Positions 23,301 through 36,602 of a stretch of 64,000 nt of DNA are shown here, in pieces. The translations under genes and the position numbers were made by a program. Below the pieces are notes generated by a model. That model did no database searches. It saw nothing but the letters and a program-made list of their open reading frames with translations, and had not been told where the DNA came from. How positions within the stretch are numbered: the stretch's first letter is position 1; every line of letters starts with the position of its first letter. The stretch comes from Stegostoma tigrinum (Eukaryota): assembly GCF_030684315.1 (NCBI RefSeq), contig NC_081391.1, forward strand, positions 14,113,342 to 14,177,341. Reading direction: 5' to 3'.

Positions 23301-25527
23301 CAGTTCTTCAAACATCAGTCTCAGGAGAAGCGGGAACATGCAGAGAAGCTGCTGAAATTCCAGAATCAGCGTGGAGGCGGAGTCTTCCTCCAGGATGTGA
23401 AGGTTGGAGTTGGGTGGGGTGGGGAATGGGATGGTAATGGCTGCTCTTATGGTGTGGTTTCAAGTCAGTGACAAGGTTTTCATTTGAGTCAAAACTTTGT
23501 CCAGCCTGTTTGATCTCCTTTTTGAAGCCAGTGTGGAAAGAAGCCCTTTGGCCCACCATGTCTATGCTGACCCCACAAACACTAACAACATTAATCCCAC
23601 TTACCTGCCCTTGGTCCACAGGCCACTGTCCTGGCACTAAGTACTTGTCCAGCTGGACCCTAAACTGATCTTGAGTCGCAGTCTCCACCACCATCCAACC
23701 CTTTATGTGGTTCATCTCATATTTCAAACAGCCCCTCAGAGGGGTGGGGGTGGGGTGAAGTTTCCTCCAATCCCCTCTAACCTGCTTACTCCACAAACCT
23801 GGTTTCTCTCCTGTCTTGGTGTATGCCATGGGGAAGACATTCCATCAACTGGCCACTCTCTATTCTTCAATTACATCAGGTCACTCCCTCAGCCGTTCCT
23901 GCTCCACAGAAAATCCCAGCCTATCTAACCTCCAATCAATGGATCTTGGGCAACAGCCTGGGGAACCTCACCAGCTTCCCCCTGCAGTGCCATCCTGTCC
24001 TTGTGACTGGTGAGGCCAAAGAGGAATAATGTGGTGACCAGAAAAACAAACTGAGGAGACTGGTCCCCTTCCTGTTCCACCACACCCAACTAATAGAGGT
24101 TGCTTGCCCTCTGTCACTGTTACACCCTGTTGACCTTGTCTGAACTTTGAGGGATCTATGGTTTTGGGCCTTTCTTAACTGTTAGCAGCACAACACACTT
24201 TGCAAACACCTCGCTGTCCCTTTGATGAATTAAATAGCTGTGATGTTTCTGATCATCCTGCTCAGGCATGTATGAAGCCACCAGCACAAGTGGTACTTGA
24301 ACCTTGGCCTTGTCAGCCAGAGACAGGGGCACTACCACTGTACCATGACAGCATTTAGGATTCACTTGTGAATATCCTCGCAATTCCATCAGATGGACCC
24401 TGATGCAAATCTTGTCATTATCCCCCACAATGACCTGTTATTCAACTTCCTCCTTCAGATCAAGGACCGACAGGCAAGGTGAAAGCAATTCTGAAGGAAC
24501 TGTTCTTCAGCTGTGCTCCAGGGCTGCCTCAGGGGCTAGCAGTGTTCTCAGTGCTAGGGACACAGGTCTGGATCTGGCCTCTGGTGAGGGACTGGTGTTT
24601 ACATGTCCTCCCCTTGTCTGCGTTGGTGTCCTCATAGGATAAGAGGATTGGCCATCTGAAATGCAGGGTTACAGGAATAGGGTGGGAGAAGGACGAGTTG
24701 GGATCCTCTTCAGAGCAGTTACAGACTGATCCACGTTGTAGAGATTCTGAAGCTTAACTGTCCTTCTTTTCCCTCCTCCAGAAGCCAGAGAGGGATGAGT
24801 GGGGTAACAGCCTGCAGGCAATGCAGGTTGCCCTGGATCTGGAGAAGAATGTGAACCAGAGTTTGTTGGATCTACACCAAGTCGCCACAGCCCAGACTGA
24901 CCCTCACGTAAGCTTCACCTCCTCATTGACTTCACTGCTAGGCCCTCAGGGCAACACCTTCATTGGTTGGTCTTTTGTGGATTAGAAATTCAGTTAGACT
25001 TTGTTTTTGTGCAGATGACATGGATCACTTCAGATCCATAGTGATTACAAAATCATTGCTGAGCAGTTGACTCCAAGTATGTATTTTAACTTGTAAACCT
25101 GTGGGGAGGACTGAGGCGATATTGGTGACTGAATTCTCATTCAGGGCCACTGCAGTGGAATGACTTTTATCCATCACAAGTCAACTCTGCTCCAGTAAAT
25201 AAACAGCAAGATGAAGCAGCTAAAAAGCAGTTGTCCTCTTTGCACAATTTCTCCAGGCGTTGGCTCTAGTCATCCCTGACAATCTCCCTCCATATGCATG
25301 TTTTTCAGTGGGAATTCTGAAGTTGTCTTGGATAGTGTTGATGTACCAAGTGTCATATTCCTCTGTTGCAGCTGTGTGACTTCCTGGAGACCCACTATTT
25401 GGATGAGGAGGTGAGGATCATCAAGCAACTTGGGGACTACATCACCAACCTGAAGCGCCTGGGAGCCCCTGAGAATGGGATGGGAGAGTACCTGTTTGAC
25501 AGGCTCTCCCTGGAGGACAGCAGTTAG
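20367..25527 (+). CDS. Ferritin subunit, copy 3; exons 20367-20468, 23256-23402, 24782-24907, 25372-25527
   Basis: Open spliced frame of 176 aa with GT-AG introns; R79G variant; AATAAA at 25654-25659. Confidence 0.92.
20967..21731 (+). mobile_element. CR1 LINE 3' fragment in intron 1 of copy 3 (same insertion as in copy 2)
   Basis: Same flanks (gttctagccc ... cagattaaac) as 12455-13228, so it was inherited through the duplication. Confidence 0.9.
24530..24745 (+). mobile_element. Decayed SINE at the same intron 2 position, copy 3
   Basis: Duplicate of 16055-16270. Confidence 0.55.
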
Positions 25528-25653
25528 TGTGGCCTGGAGTACTGTCTGCTTGTCTGAATGCATTCCCCACTTCACCCTGGCCAATCTGTCTCTCTCCAGG
25601 GAGAAAGGACTTTGAGCAAAGAATGTAATGGCTGTACCAGCCGAATGGAAATG

Positions 25654-25659
25654 AATAAA
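25654..25659 (+). terminator. Polyadenylation signal, copy 3
   Basis: AATAAA at the conserved position. Confidence 0.8.
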
Positions 25660-28049
25660 ATGATCTCTTGATCTCAGTTACTGTGCATCATTTTGAGACC
25701 ACTGATACCTCTTTGGTCAAGCAAGCTTTCTTGCCTCACTTCACCACTGCTTTTCCCCAAACCCCTGTGGACAGACTCCAGGCCTATGGGAGCCAGTTGG
25801 GGTTCAAATGGGGCCTGTGACCGACCCTGATGACAACCATCAACTAGTGGCCCTGCTGACCAGTTCACTTTGTCACTGAAGTCTGCTGCTCCTCCCAGGG
25901 GACCTTGGGTTTACTAAACTTTCTTGGTTCACTGCATAGATTTGTTTTTCCCCCAGAAGGAATCCAAAATTCCTTCAAGTGGCTTCCTCAGTTTGTTGCT
26001 TTCTTTCCTCCGCCCAGGGCTCAGGCCCTCCCCATAACTGGAAGTCCACCAGCCCTGAGCTGGGGGAAATTCAGCCCAAACATTCTGAACAGTCACATTC
26101 CAGAGAATCATCTCCAGATTCTCTGGGGCTACTTGATTGATAGTGGATGCTCTTTCTACCATAAATACAAGGATTGGTGACCTGGGGCTTGGATGATTGC
26201 CCATGGTTCAAAATACTCACATTTGGTTTCTGCTTGCAGCTACAACTGGCCTCTGACTGTTGAAGGGTTTGTACAAAAAGCTGCTACCTTGGTTCTTGGA
26301 ACCTTTCCATGGGCTGATGAAATTTTTTTTGACCCAGTGAGGGAGCAGGGATTTCTGGGGAAGATGGGGGCTGTCTCCTTCAGTCAAGATGCCTGGACAT
26401 GCTGACTTTGCCTTACAGCTGTTTCCTTGATCATTCAAGGTGTCTGATCATGGGTTAGGGAGGGGGTGATCAGAGACAGCCCGGAGATTATCTTGAGTTT
26501 TGGCACAAGTGCACACTGTAGCCTTAGGAAGAGTGTGGGTCATTAAGGTACTGAATAGATTTGTTCCATCACAAAAATCGTTGTTGTTTGGCCCAGTCTC
26601 TATCCTTGGTGATAGAATCCCTGCTCTCTGGCAAGAGGCCATTTGACCCAGGTAGCATCAACCTTCTGACCAGAATCCTGCTCAGTCCCACCCCAGTCCT
26701 TTAACCCTGTGTCTTCCCCATGGCTAATCCAGCTTGCCCCTTGTCAATATCACCAACTTAGCATTGCCTATCCACTTGACCAGCAAATAGTTCAGATGGT
26801 GGGTGGGAAACCAAACAGACACTGTAAATGTACAAACTCCCCAGGGTGCCCTAAGGCTGTAATAAATCCCATGTCGCTGTGAGGTAAGTGTTCGCTACTG
26901 AGACACTGTCTCACCCTAAAGTACCGAACAAAGGAATATGCTGTTGCATACTGTCAGAGTCCTACAGCAGAGATACAGGTTGTTTGGCTCAAACCGTCCA
27001 GGTCGAGCAGTGTTCCAAATCTGAACTAGTTGTGTTTGCCCCATATCCCTCAACCAGTCCTTTCCCTGGAAATCACCAAATGTCTTTTAACAACTGCAAT
27101 TGCACCTACTTCTCGTGCTTTATGTAGCCACTCATTCTTGACATAAACCATTTTCTGTGGGGCAAAGCTGTTCTTCAGCTTCCCTCCCTCTCCACCCCCC
27201 TCCCCCCCCAAACTCCACATGCCTGTGTGTGAAAACATTACCCCTACCACCTCTAGTTTTGGACTCCCCGACCCTGTCCCAGCATGCTTACTGTATGCAG
27301 TCAATCGTGAGTCTGCCAAGGGCAAGGCCACATTTAGTACTCAGCAAGTGTTACACTTCAGGAGGTGGTGATGAGCTGGTCATTACAGTCCACCTGGTGT
27401 GGGAGAGACCGGAATGATGTTGCTGCCGAGGAAGGGCTTCTGGGATTTTCATTCGCAAACAGGAATATTTTCCCAAGTCAGGATGGTGACAGACTTAAAT
27501 GGAGCTCCATTGCGTGTTGTTGGTGCTGCCTCCAGCCAGAACATTGAAAACTGTTCCAGCATTACTCACTCCTAACTTCAGTCTTATTGATGGTGGACCG
27601 GCTTTGGAAAGGTAGAAGTTGTGTAATCACAACAGAATTCCCTGCCTCTGACTTCCCAATTTTTGAGCTGTTCACTCTACAGAATGCAATGAAAACTGTA
27701 ACAGATACTGTACCTTGGAAACATGCTGGCGTTAAGCGCTGATTCAACTTCAACAATGAAAAACCAAACATGGAGACAGAAATGTTCAACGTGCGATACG
27801 TTTCTAGCAGCAGCTGAGACACAGAACCCTGAGGCCTACTGTGTATAAGAGGCACTCAGCACATTTAGCATCTTGCTTTTCAAACTGGGCTTCATGCGAC
27901 CCTAAGTCACGGTGATCACAGCAGATTCAGAATGGATCTACAAAGGACATCGGTTGCCTGTATCAGACGATCCAAAAGCACGTTATTCTATTACTACACA
28001 CAAATAGGAAAATGTTCATATCAACCAAATCAGGGCATTTGACAAAGAT

Positions 28050-29508
28050 GAGGATAGCAAAGGTCATTCCCCTGTTCAGAGGATAGCAAATGTGGTTCCC
28101 CTGTGCAAGAAGGGGAGTAGAGACAACCCTGGTAATTGTAGACCAGTCAGCCTTACCTCAGTTGTTGGTAAAGTGTTGAAAACGGTTATAAGGGATAGGA
28201 TTTATAATTATCTCGAAAAGAATAAATTGGTTAGGGATAGTCAGCATGGTTTTGCGAAGGGAAGGTCGTGACTCACAAACCTTATTGAATTCTTTCAGAA
28301 GGTGATCAAACAAGTATTTGAGAGTAAACCGGTTGATGTGGTGCATATGGATTTCAGCAAGTCGTTCGATTAGGTTCGCCACAGTCGGCTATTGTACAAA
28401 ATGCGGAGGAATGGAATTGTGGGAGATATAGCAGTTTGGATCGGAAATTGGCTTGCTGAAAGAAGACACAGGGTGGTAGTTGATGGAAAATGTTCATCCT
28501 GGAGACCAGTTACTAGTGGTGTACTGCAAGGGTCGGTGTTGGGTCCACTGCTGTTTGTCATTTTTATAAATGACCTGGATGAGTTTGTAGAAGGATGGGT
28601 TAGTAAATTTGCAGACGACACTAAGGTCAGTGGAGTTGTGGATAGTGACGAAGGTAGCTGTAGGTCGCAGAGAGACATAGATAAGCTGCAGAGCTGGGCT
28701 GAGAAGTGGCAAATGGAGTTTAATGCAGACAGGTGTGAGGTGATGCACTTTTGTAGGAGTAACTGGAAGGCAAAGTACAGGGCTAATGGTAAGATTCTTG
28801 GTGGTGTAGATGAGCAGAGAGATCTCGGTGTCCATGTACACAGATCCTTGAAAGTTGCCACCCAGGTTGACAGGGTGGTTGAGAAGGCATACAATGTTTT
28901 GGCTTTTATTAATAGAGGGATTGAGTTCCAGAACCAAGAGGTTATGGCGAAGCTGTACAAAACTCTGGTTAGGCCGCACTTGGAGTATTGTGTACAGTTC
29001 TGGTCACCCCATTATAAGAAGGATGTAGAAGCTTTGGAAAGGGTGCAGAGGAGATTTACTAGGATGTTGCCTGGTATGGAGGGAAGGTCTTAAGAGGAAA
29101 TGCTGAGGGACTTGAGGCTGTTTTCATTCGAGAGAAGAAGGCTGAGAGGTGACTTAATTGAAACATATGAAATAATTCGAGGGTTGGATAAGGAGAGCCT
29201 TTTTCCTAGGATGGTGACAGCGAGCACGAGGGGGCATTGCTTTAAATTGAGGTGTGAACGATATAGGACAGATTTCAGAGGTAGTTTCTCTACTCAGAGT
29301 AGTGAGGGAATGGAACGCTTTGCCTGCAACGGTCGTAGATTCGCCAACTTTAGGTACATTTGAGTCGTCATTGGACGAGCATCTGGACGTACATGGAATA
29401 GTGTAGGTTAGATGGGCTTCATATCGGTATGACTGGTCGGCACAACATCGAGGGCCGAAGGGCCTGTACTGTGCTGTAATGTTCTATGTTTTATGTTCTA
29501 TATTCTAT
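28050..29508 (+). mobile_element. CR1 LINE, 5'-truncated, upstream of the copy 4 promoter
   Basis: RT motifs QGSVLGP and FADD in ORF 28392-29093; (ATGTTCT)n-like tail; it interrupts sequence that is contiguous in other units (caaaga|gctccaacacc). Confidence 0.95.
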
Positions 29509-29758
29509 GGCTCCAACACCAATGTTCAAAAGTTATGACGACTATTCCCTCAGATTAACAATCCGACAGAATTCCGCAAATCTGTGATGACTGAGTCTTA
29601 ATGCACAACCTCAGATACACAAGTGAAGGTTTAGAGTATATTTTATTGTCATTTTGTGGCAAATACATTTACAGAATGTGCACTTGTACAGGAGGTCAAA
29701 GGTCATTCAGCAATTCCATCATCGACCAGTTGTCAACTGTGTTTCGTTTCTGGATCCA

Positions 29759-29880
29759 GTTCCCATCCTGCACTGATTGGACGTGGCAGCTGATCAATTG
29801 ATCAACAAGAGTGATTGGCCATCACTGATGATGTCATTTCCTGCTCCATAAAAAGAGGGTCTGCCCCTGGGGTATAAATA
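29759..29880 (+). promoter_or_regulatory. Core promoter, copy 4 (separated from its ATG by a CR1)
   Basis: Conserved block with two ATTGG; TATAAA at 29873-29878. Confidence 0.72.
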
Positions 29881-29904
29881 GAGTCCCACGGGAATGATGT
29901 TGAT

Positions 29905-31169
29905 TAGAACATAGAACATAGAACATAGAACAGTACAGCACAGCACAGAACAGGCCCTTCAGCCCACAATGTTGTGCCGACCATTGATCCTCATGGATGC
30001 ACCCTCAAATTTCTGTGACCATATGCATGTCCAGCAGTCTCTTAAATGACCCCAATGACCTTGCTTCCACAACTGCTGCTGGCAACGCATTCCATGCTCT
30101 CACAACTCTCTGCGTAAAGAACCTGCCTCTGACATCCCCTCTATACTTTCCACCAACCAGCTTAAAACTATGACCCCTCGTGCTAGCCATTTCTGCCCTG
30201 GGAAATAGTCTCTGGCTATCGACTCTATCTATGCCTCTCATTATCTTGTATACCTCAATTAGGTCCCCTCTCCTCCTCCTTTTCTCCAATGAAAAGAGAC
30301 CGAGCTCAGTCAACCTCTCTTCATAAGATAAGCCCTCCAGTCCAGGCAGCATCCTGGTAAACCTCCTCTGAACCCTCTCCAAAGCATCCACATCTTTCCT
30401 ATAATAGGGCGCCCAGAACTGGACGCAGTATTCCAAGTGCGGTCTAACCAAAGTTTTATAGAGCTGCAACAAGATCTCACGACTCTTAAACTCAATCCCC
30501 CTGTTAAAGAAAGCCAAAACACCATATGCTTTCTTAACAACCCTGTCCACTTGGGTGGCCATTTTAAGGGATCTATGTATCTGCACACCAAGATCCCTCT
30601 GTTCCTCCACGCTGCCAAGAATCCTATCCTTAATCCTGTACTCAGCTTTCAAATTCGACCTTCCAAAATGCATCACCTCGCATTTATCCAGGTTGAACTC
30701 CATCTGCCACCTCTCAGCCCATCTCTGCATCCTGTCAATGTCCCGCTGCAGCCTACAACAGCCCTCTACACTGTCAACGACACCTCCGACCTTTGTGTCG
30801 TCTGCAAACTTGCTGACCCATCCTTCAATTCCCTCGTCCAAGTCATTAATAAAAATTACAAACAGTAGAGGCCCAAGGACAGAGCCCTGTGGAACCCCAC
30901 TCACCACTGACTTCCAGGCAGAATATTTTCCTTCTACTACCACACGCTGTCTTCTGTTGGCCAGCCAATTCTGTATCCAAGCAGCTAAGTTCCCCTGTAT
31001 CCCATTCCTCCTGACCTTCTGAATGAGCCTTCCATGGGGAACCTTATCAAATGCCTTACTGAAGTCCATATACACCACATCCACAGCTCGACCCTCATCA
31101 ACCTTACTAGTCACATCCTCAAAAAACTCGATAAGGTTTGTAAGGCATGACCTACCCCTCACAAAGCCG
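29905..31169 (-). mobile_element. Young CR1 LINE, 5'-truncated, inserted between TATA and ATG of copy 4
   Basis: Uninterrupted frame of about 390 codons (30005-31183) with [17 protein letters not shown] and FADD; perfect (AGAACAT)n tail at about 29906-29931. Confidence 0.97.
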
Positions 31170-31244
31170 TTCTTCATTTTCATTGTTCTTCCTAATTTTG
31201 TTATTTTGGTGGTGAGGAAAATAAAAGAAATTTATTGTCACAAA

Positions 31245-34200
31245 ATGGTCTCCCAGATCAGTCAGAACTATCACCAGGATTGTGAAGCTGCTGTCAACAA
31301 GCAGATTAATGTGGAGCTCACTGCCTCCTATCTCTATCAGTCTTTGGTGAGTGCTGTCTCTCGGGGTTAAACATATAAATCTGTTCTGTTGAAGTAAATT
31401 CTTTGCCTGGCCTCTAGTGAAGCTGACAATCTAGTAGATTGAGGTTTTGTGGCTCCTACCTAAATATCAGTTCAGGATAGAGGTGGTGTTACTGTCACGA
31501 TGGTGTAGGATACTGATGTATGTTAACTCAGGTCCCAGTTGGCCTTCAGTGGTATCTGGAGGGTAAAAGCCTCTTGCTTTTGTTTTCTTTCTGACACAAG
31601 TTTCCTGACTTCATTTGCCTGATCTCTGTGGTGGTCCTAAACAAACATGCTGATTTTTTTTAACACTGACAATAACAATAACTTCCCTGTTGCAGTGGCC
31701 CTTGTTAGTCTGAACAAACCTGAGGCTAGTCTGTGACTGGTATCTATTTTATGTAGATCTCCTTCATTGAGGCTGACTTGGCTTTACTTGTATTTATTGA
31801 AGATGTGGGTGTGGCCTATCCCGTCCCTACTGAGAGTAGATCTGCCGTGTGTGAGAAATGTTGGATCCCCTCTCTGCCCCCTCTCCTCCCCACCCCACCC
31901 CACACTGGGGCTGCAGGAATGTGCTGAGGCTATTAGCCCAGTGACATTGAAGAAATGGAGGTTGTTCCCATATCATTTAGCTTGACCTAAAACAAAATGT
32001 CCCCTCTATCCTGGTGGTGATGTGACTGTGCCCTTCCAAGGAGTAGAATGTGCTTGGAAGGTCTGTGTTGAAGTAACCTTGGTGAGTGCTGCAGGGGACC
32101 TGGTAGGTAATGGACCCTGAAAGGAGGTGGTGAATGCAGTCCCCATGAAGTGGGCTGCCCTGTCCTGGATGGTGTCTGCTTCTTGCATGTTGTAGCTCCC
32201 CTTCTACAGACACATGGGGAATATTCATCTCCCTCTGGGCTTGTGCCTATTGGAAGGAAGTTATCTTGTAATGAGGACTAAGTCCCTATAAGCCTCACTT
32301 GGGAGGTGGGACCGCTTTATTGGTGAGCCAGTTGTTGGGGTTTAATCACTGTGTCCCACCTCTACTGGCACATGCTTCCCAAGGATAAAATCCCGACTAT
32401 CTTCTGCCACAACTTGTAACTACCCACTGAAACCACAGATATTTGCTTGCCTGAGTGTGGTTTTTGGATTTGAGGATTCAAGTAACTTTTCAGGAGTCCT
32501 TCCCCAGAATATAACTCTTAGCTGATGCTTCCAATAGCGAGCATTAGCTCTTAAACCCTTACATCGAATTGTGAACGTGACAGTTTAGATATGAGTCACA
32601 TGGGCTGAAAACCTACAGGATTTTTTGCCTGTTTGGGTAAAGTCAGGGCAAGTGTTTTTCCAGGTTACTGTTTTCACTAGTGACGTTATCTACAGGCCAC
32701 TAATAGTTGACATTTGATCATTTGTTTTGCAATTTGTTTCAGTCATGTGACTTGGTGCAAGCTTTTGACAGCCTGAGTTTGCACTATTTAGGCAGAGCAA
32801 TAACCCACTGCTGCAACGATCCAAAGGCTGTTACTGGGCAGGCTTTCCTCGGCATTATCTTAGTGCCAAACTCCAAACTGGAGACAGCACACCTTTGTAG
32901 AGTTCATGTGTACACTTACATCACAATCTCGTTGATCCTGGGTTTGCAGAAAACATGCTCCCTACTAGTCGTTGACTACAGCAGGGTTTCAACATCTTTT
33001 TTTCCAGTTTTCCCCAAAGGCAAAACATAGTACCTTGCGTCTTGTAGTTGAGAACTGGAATGGGGAGTGAGCCAGTGATGTCTGATGTAATTTTAACTTG
33101 ATCTTCCAGATGTCCTACTTTGACTGGGACGATGTTGCCCTCCCCCATTTCTCCCAGTTCATCAAACATCAGTCCCAGGAGAAGCAGGAACATGCAGAGA
33201 AGCTACTGAAATTCCAGAATCAGCGTGGAGGCCGGGTCCTCCTCCAGGATGTGAAGGTTAGAGTTGGCAATATATGGCTGCTCTTGTCATGTGGCTTCAA
33301 GTCATCAGTGGCAGGATGTTTGCCTCCTCTCAGGAGAGTGAAGAGTTCTTTCAGTTTGGTTTCTAAGTTTCATCTCCTCGAAGTCATGCAGTGTATGGGA
33401 AAAGCCACTTGCCCCCCCATAAACAGAACTACACTCATCTGACTTGCTTGCACTTGGTCCACAGATGACTATACCCTGGCATGAAGTACATGTCCAGATA
33501 CTGCTGGAGTTGCTATCTCCACTGCCATCTCTTCCCCTCCCCACCCAGACCACGGTTCAACTCGTATCTTGATCAGCCTCCTTTTTGGGAAAGTGGTTTC
33601 CTATAATTGCCCCTCTATAACCTGCTTACTCCTCAAACCTGTGCTCTCTGGTCTGTCTTCCTCATGGCCCACATTCTCCCCATCTCCTGTCCCAACTTCC
33701 CTCTGCTAACTGCCTCAGCCTGTTTGTCCTCCAGGGAAAACCCCAGCCAATCCAACACCTGAATGGATTTTCCACCTGAGGGACCTTCCTGCTCTTCTGA
33801 TAGTGGTCCTGTTCACAACACCATTGCTTCTTTGACCTGGCCAAAATTTGAGTGGGAGAAGAAATGGCTGCCCTTGGGGTGTGGCTTCCATTCATCAGTA
33901 ACAGGATGATGACATCCTGAAGGCAGGCGCAGGAAGTGAAGTGCTTCTGTCTTTCACCCATCATTCTAACTACATCTTGTGCAAGAACTATACTGTCTAA
34001 ATTCTGCGTGATAATCTCAAACACGCTCCTTTGTTCCTGGCTTCGGTGAAATCAAACGTACACTCGGGTCGAAAGTTCAAGGTCTGCTGCTAATAACGTG
34101 GCTGGACTCTTTTAGTTTTAAAGCAGTTCTGTTTGTACCAAGTACAATCAGACAAGATCTGTGTGTCTGTGTGCTCCTACCATTAGACATGACGACAATG

Positions 34201-35035
34201 ATTGCTTTCCCTTTACATGAAGGGTCAAGGTTCAATTGTTGGACAAGGGTGCTGCATGTAATGGGGAACAGTGAGGTTTGTCCTGGAGCTTAGCTGTCCT
34301 TCTTTCCATCCTCAGAAGCCAGAGAGGGATGAGTGGAGTAACAGCCTGCAGGCAATGCAGGTTGCCCTGGATCTGGAGAAGAATGTGAACCAGAGTTTGC
34401 TGGATCTACACCAACTCGCCACTGCCCAGACTGACCCTCATGTAAGCTTCACCTCCTCCTCATTGTCATCACTGCTACACCCTCAGGGCAACACTTCATT
34501 GATTGGTCTTTGTGGTTTGGAAATTCACTGCTGTAACACTTTGCCTGGATGACATTGGACCTGTAGTGATCATGCTGAGGATCTGTGTTCACAGTTGTTA
34601 AAATGGGAATTTGGATCAGTATCTGGAAGGAGTGTTGAACTGATACTGGCCACTGAATTCTCGTTTAGTATCATTGTCCGTCACAATCCACCTCCAATCC
34701 ATTTCACAAACAGCAAGACGGAGCAGCTGAAATCCTATTGTCCTCACTGCCAAATATTCTCCAGGTGCTGGCTTGATTTTTTTCAGGGCTGTTGAGAGTG
34801 GGTATGGTGAAATGTTTTGCAGTGGGAATTCTGAATTTGTCTTTAATAGTGATCACAATTTCTCATTCTGCTGTTGCAGCTGTGTGACTTCCTGGAGACC
34901 CACGATTTGGATGAGGAGGTGGAGATCATCAAGCAACTTGGGGACGACATCACCAACCTGAAGCGCCTGGGAGCCCCTGAGAATGGGATGGGAGAGTACC
35001 TGTTTGACAGGCTCTCCCTGGAGGACAGCAGTTAG
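31245..35035 (+). CDS. Ferritin subunit, copy 4 (open frame, possibly decaying); exons 31245-31346, 33110-33256, 34316-34441, 34880-35035
   Basis: Open frame, but with R43W, F55I, Y137D and Asp at 151, and a 1.26-kb CR1 between TATA and ATG; AATAAA at 35162-35167. Confidence 0.75.
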
Positions 35036-35161
35036 TGTGGCCTGGAGTACTGTCTGCTTGGTCTGAATGCATTCCCCACTTCACCCTGGGCAATCTGTCT
35101 CCTTTCAGGGAGAAGGGGCTTGTCGCAAAGAATGTAATGGCTGTACCAGCTGAATGGAATG

Positions 35162-35167
35162 AATAAA
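35162..35167 (+). terminator. Polyadenylation signal, copy 4
   Basis: AATAAA at the conserved position. Confidence 0.8.
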
Positions 35168-36602
35168 ATGATGTATTGATCTTGCTTATTGTCCCTCATT
35201 CAGATTATTAAATATTTTGGGAGATGTCACTTGAGCTTGAAGCCTGTTTATCTTTCTCTAATTTGGCTGATCCAATTAGTAAATGGACTCAGCAAAACTT
35301 CTAGGTCTTACCCCATCCCCTGAATGTTGGAAAGTAGCAAGATGGAGTTCCTTGTTGTGGTCCCAAAGAAATTCAAGATATTCTCCTCAAATAGGTGAAG
35401 TTGGTGGTTTGTCAATTGTGGGGTGGCACTTCTTCTGGAGGACAACTGGCACATTTCTGGCTACGGGCCATTCGGATCATTAAAATCTGCATTGACACTA
35501 TGAACAGCATCATGTTCAGATCTTCCCCCCCCAGCCCCCCCATTTCCCATGGCTAATTTACCCAGACTGTATGACCCCTTGTCACTATTGGCAATTTAGC
35601 ACGGCCAGTACACCTACTCCACATGTTGTTTGACTGTGGTGGGAGACTGGAACAGGTGAAGGAAATCCACACAGACATGAGGCAAATGTATAAACTCTGC
35701 TCAGACAGTTTTCCCCCAGGCTAGAATCAACCTTGGGCTCCTGGTGTGGTGAGGTAACAGTGCTAACCGCTGAGGCCCCTTCACCCCGTGAAGTACCAAA
35801 CAAAGGAGGAGGAGGCTGTTGCAAAGTCAGAGCCATCCATCATGGAAATAGACTCTTAAGCACAACATGTCCTTGCTGACCAGGTTTCCACAAATTGTGT
35901 CGTGCTATTTGCCTACTTGCTGTCCAAATCCCTCTTAAATAGTTAAATCCCTCTAAATCGTTCTATCCCATATACATGTCCAAAGTCTTGAAATTGCACC
36001 CAAACCTATCGTTTCTGTTGGCAACTTCTTCCAGACACGCACCGCCCTCTTTGTCAAAACGTTCCCCCTCAGTCCCTTTTAAATCTTTTCCCCTCTCCCC
36101 TCAAACCGATGCCCTCTAGTTTTGGACTCCCCTACCCTGTCCCAGCATGCTTTTTATATACAGTCAATCTTGAGTGTGCCAAGGGCTAGGCAACATTTTG
36201 TGTTCAGCAACTGTTACACTTCAGGAGCTGGTGATGAGCTGGTTATTACAGTCCACCTGGTGTGGGGGAGTCCGGAATGATGCTGCTGCTGAGGAGGGGC
36301 TTCTAGGATTTTCATTCTCAAACAGGGATAGTGTTCCTGGCGATAGATTTACTTCAAGCTGCTTGAGTGAGGTAGGGGCTGCACTGAGCCAGAAAATTCT
36401 GAACTGTTCCATAAATATTCATTAACACATCCTGACCCCAATGTTATACATGGTGGACAGGCTTTGGAAAGTCAAAAGTTGAATACTTTGGAACAGAGTT
36501 CCCAGCCTGTGACCTACCAGTTTCTGAGCTGTATGTTCAGCAGAATGCAATGTAAACAGCACCAGACACTGTCTGCTCAGAAACAGACTGGAGTTAAGCG
36601 CT

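Noticed and set aside
30437-31022. Long ORFs antisense to CR1 (also 28370-28960, 28494-28979, 58033-58527, 44811-45152)
   Set aside because: These are shadow frames of the RT coding sequence.
30005-31183. 392-aa ORF as a host reverse-transcriptase gene partnered with ferritin
   Set aside because: It is a 5'-truncated CR1 ORF2 with a retrotransposon tail; its first codons come from flanking ferritin leader DNA, and it is absent from the other units.
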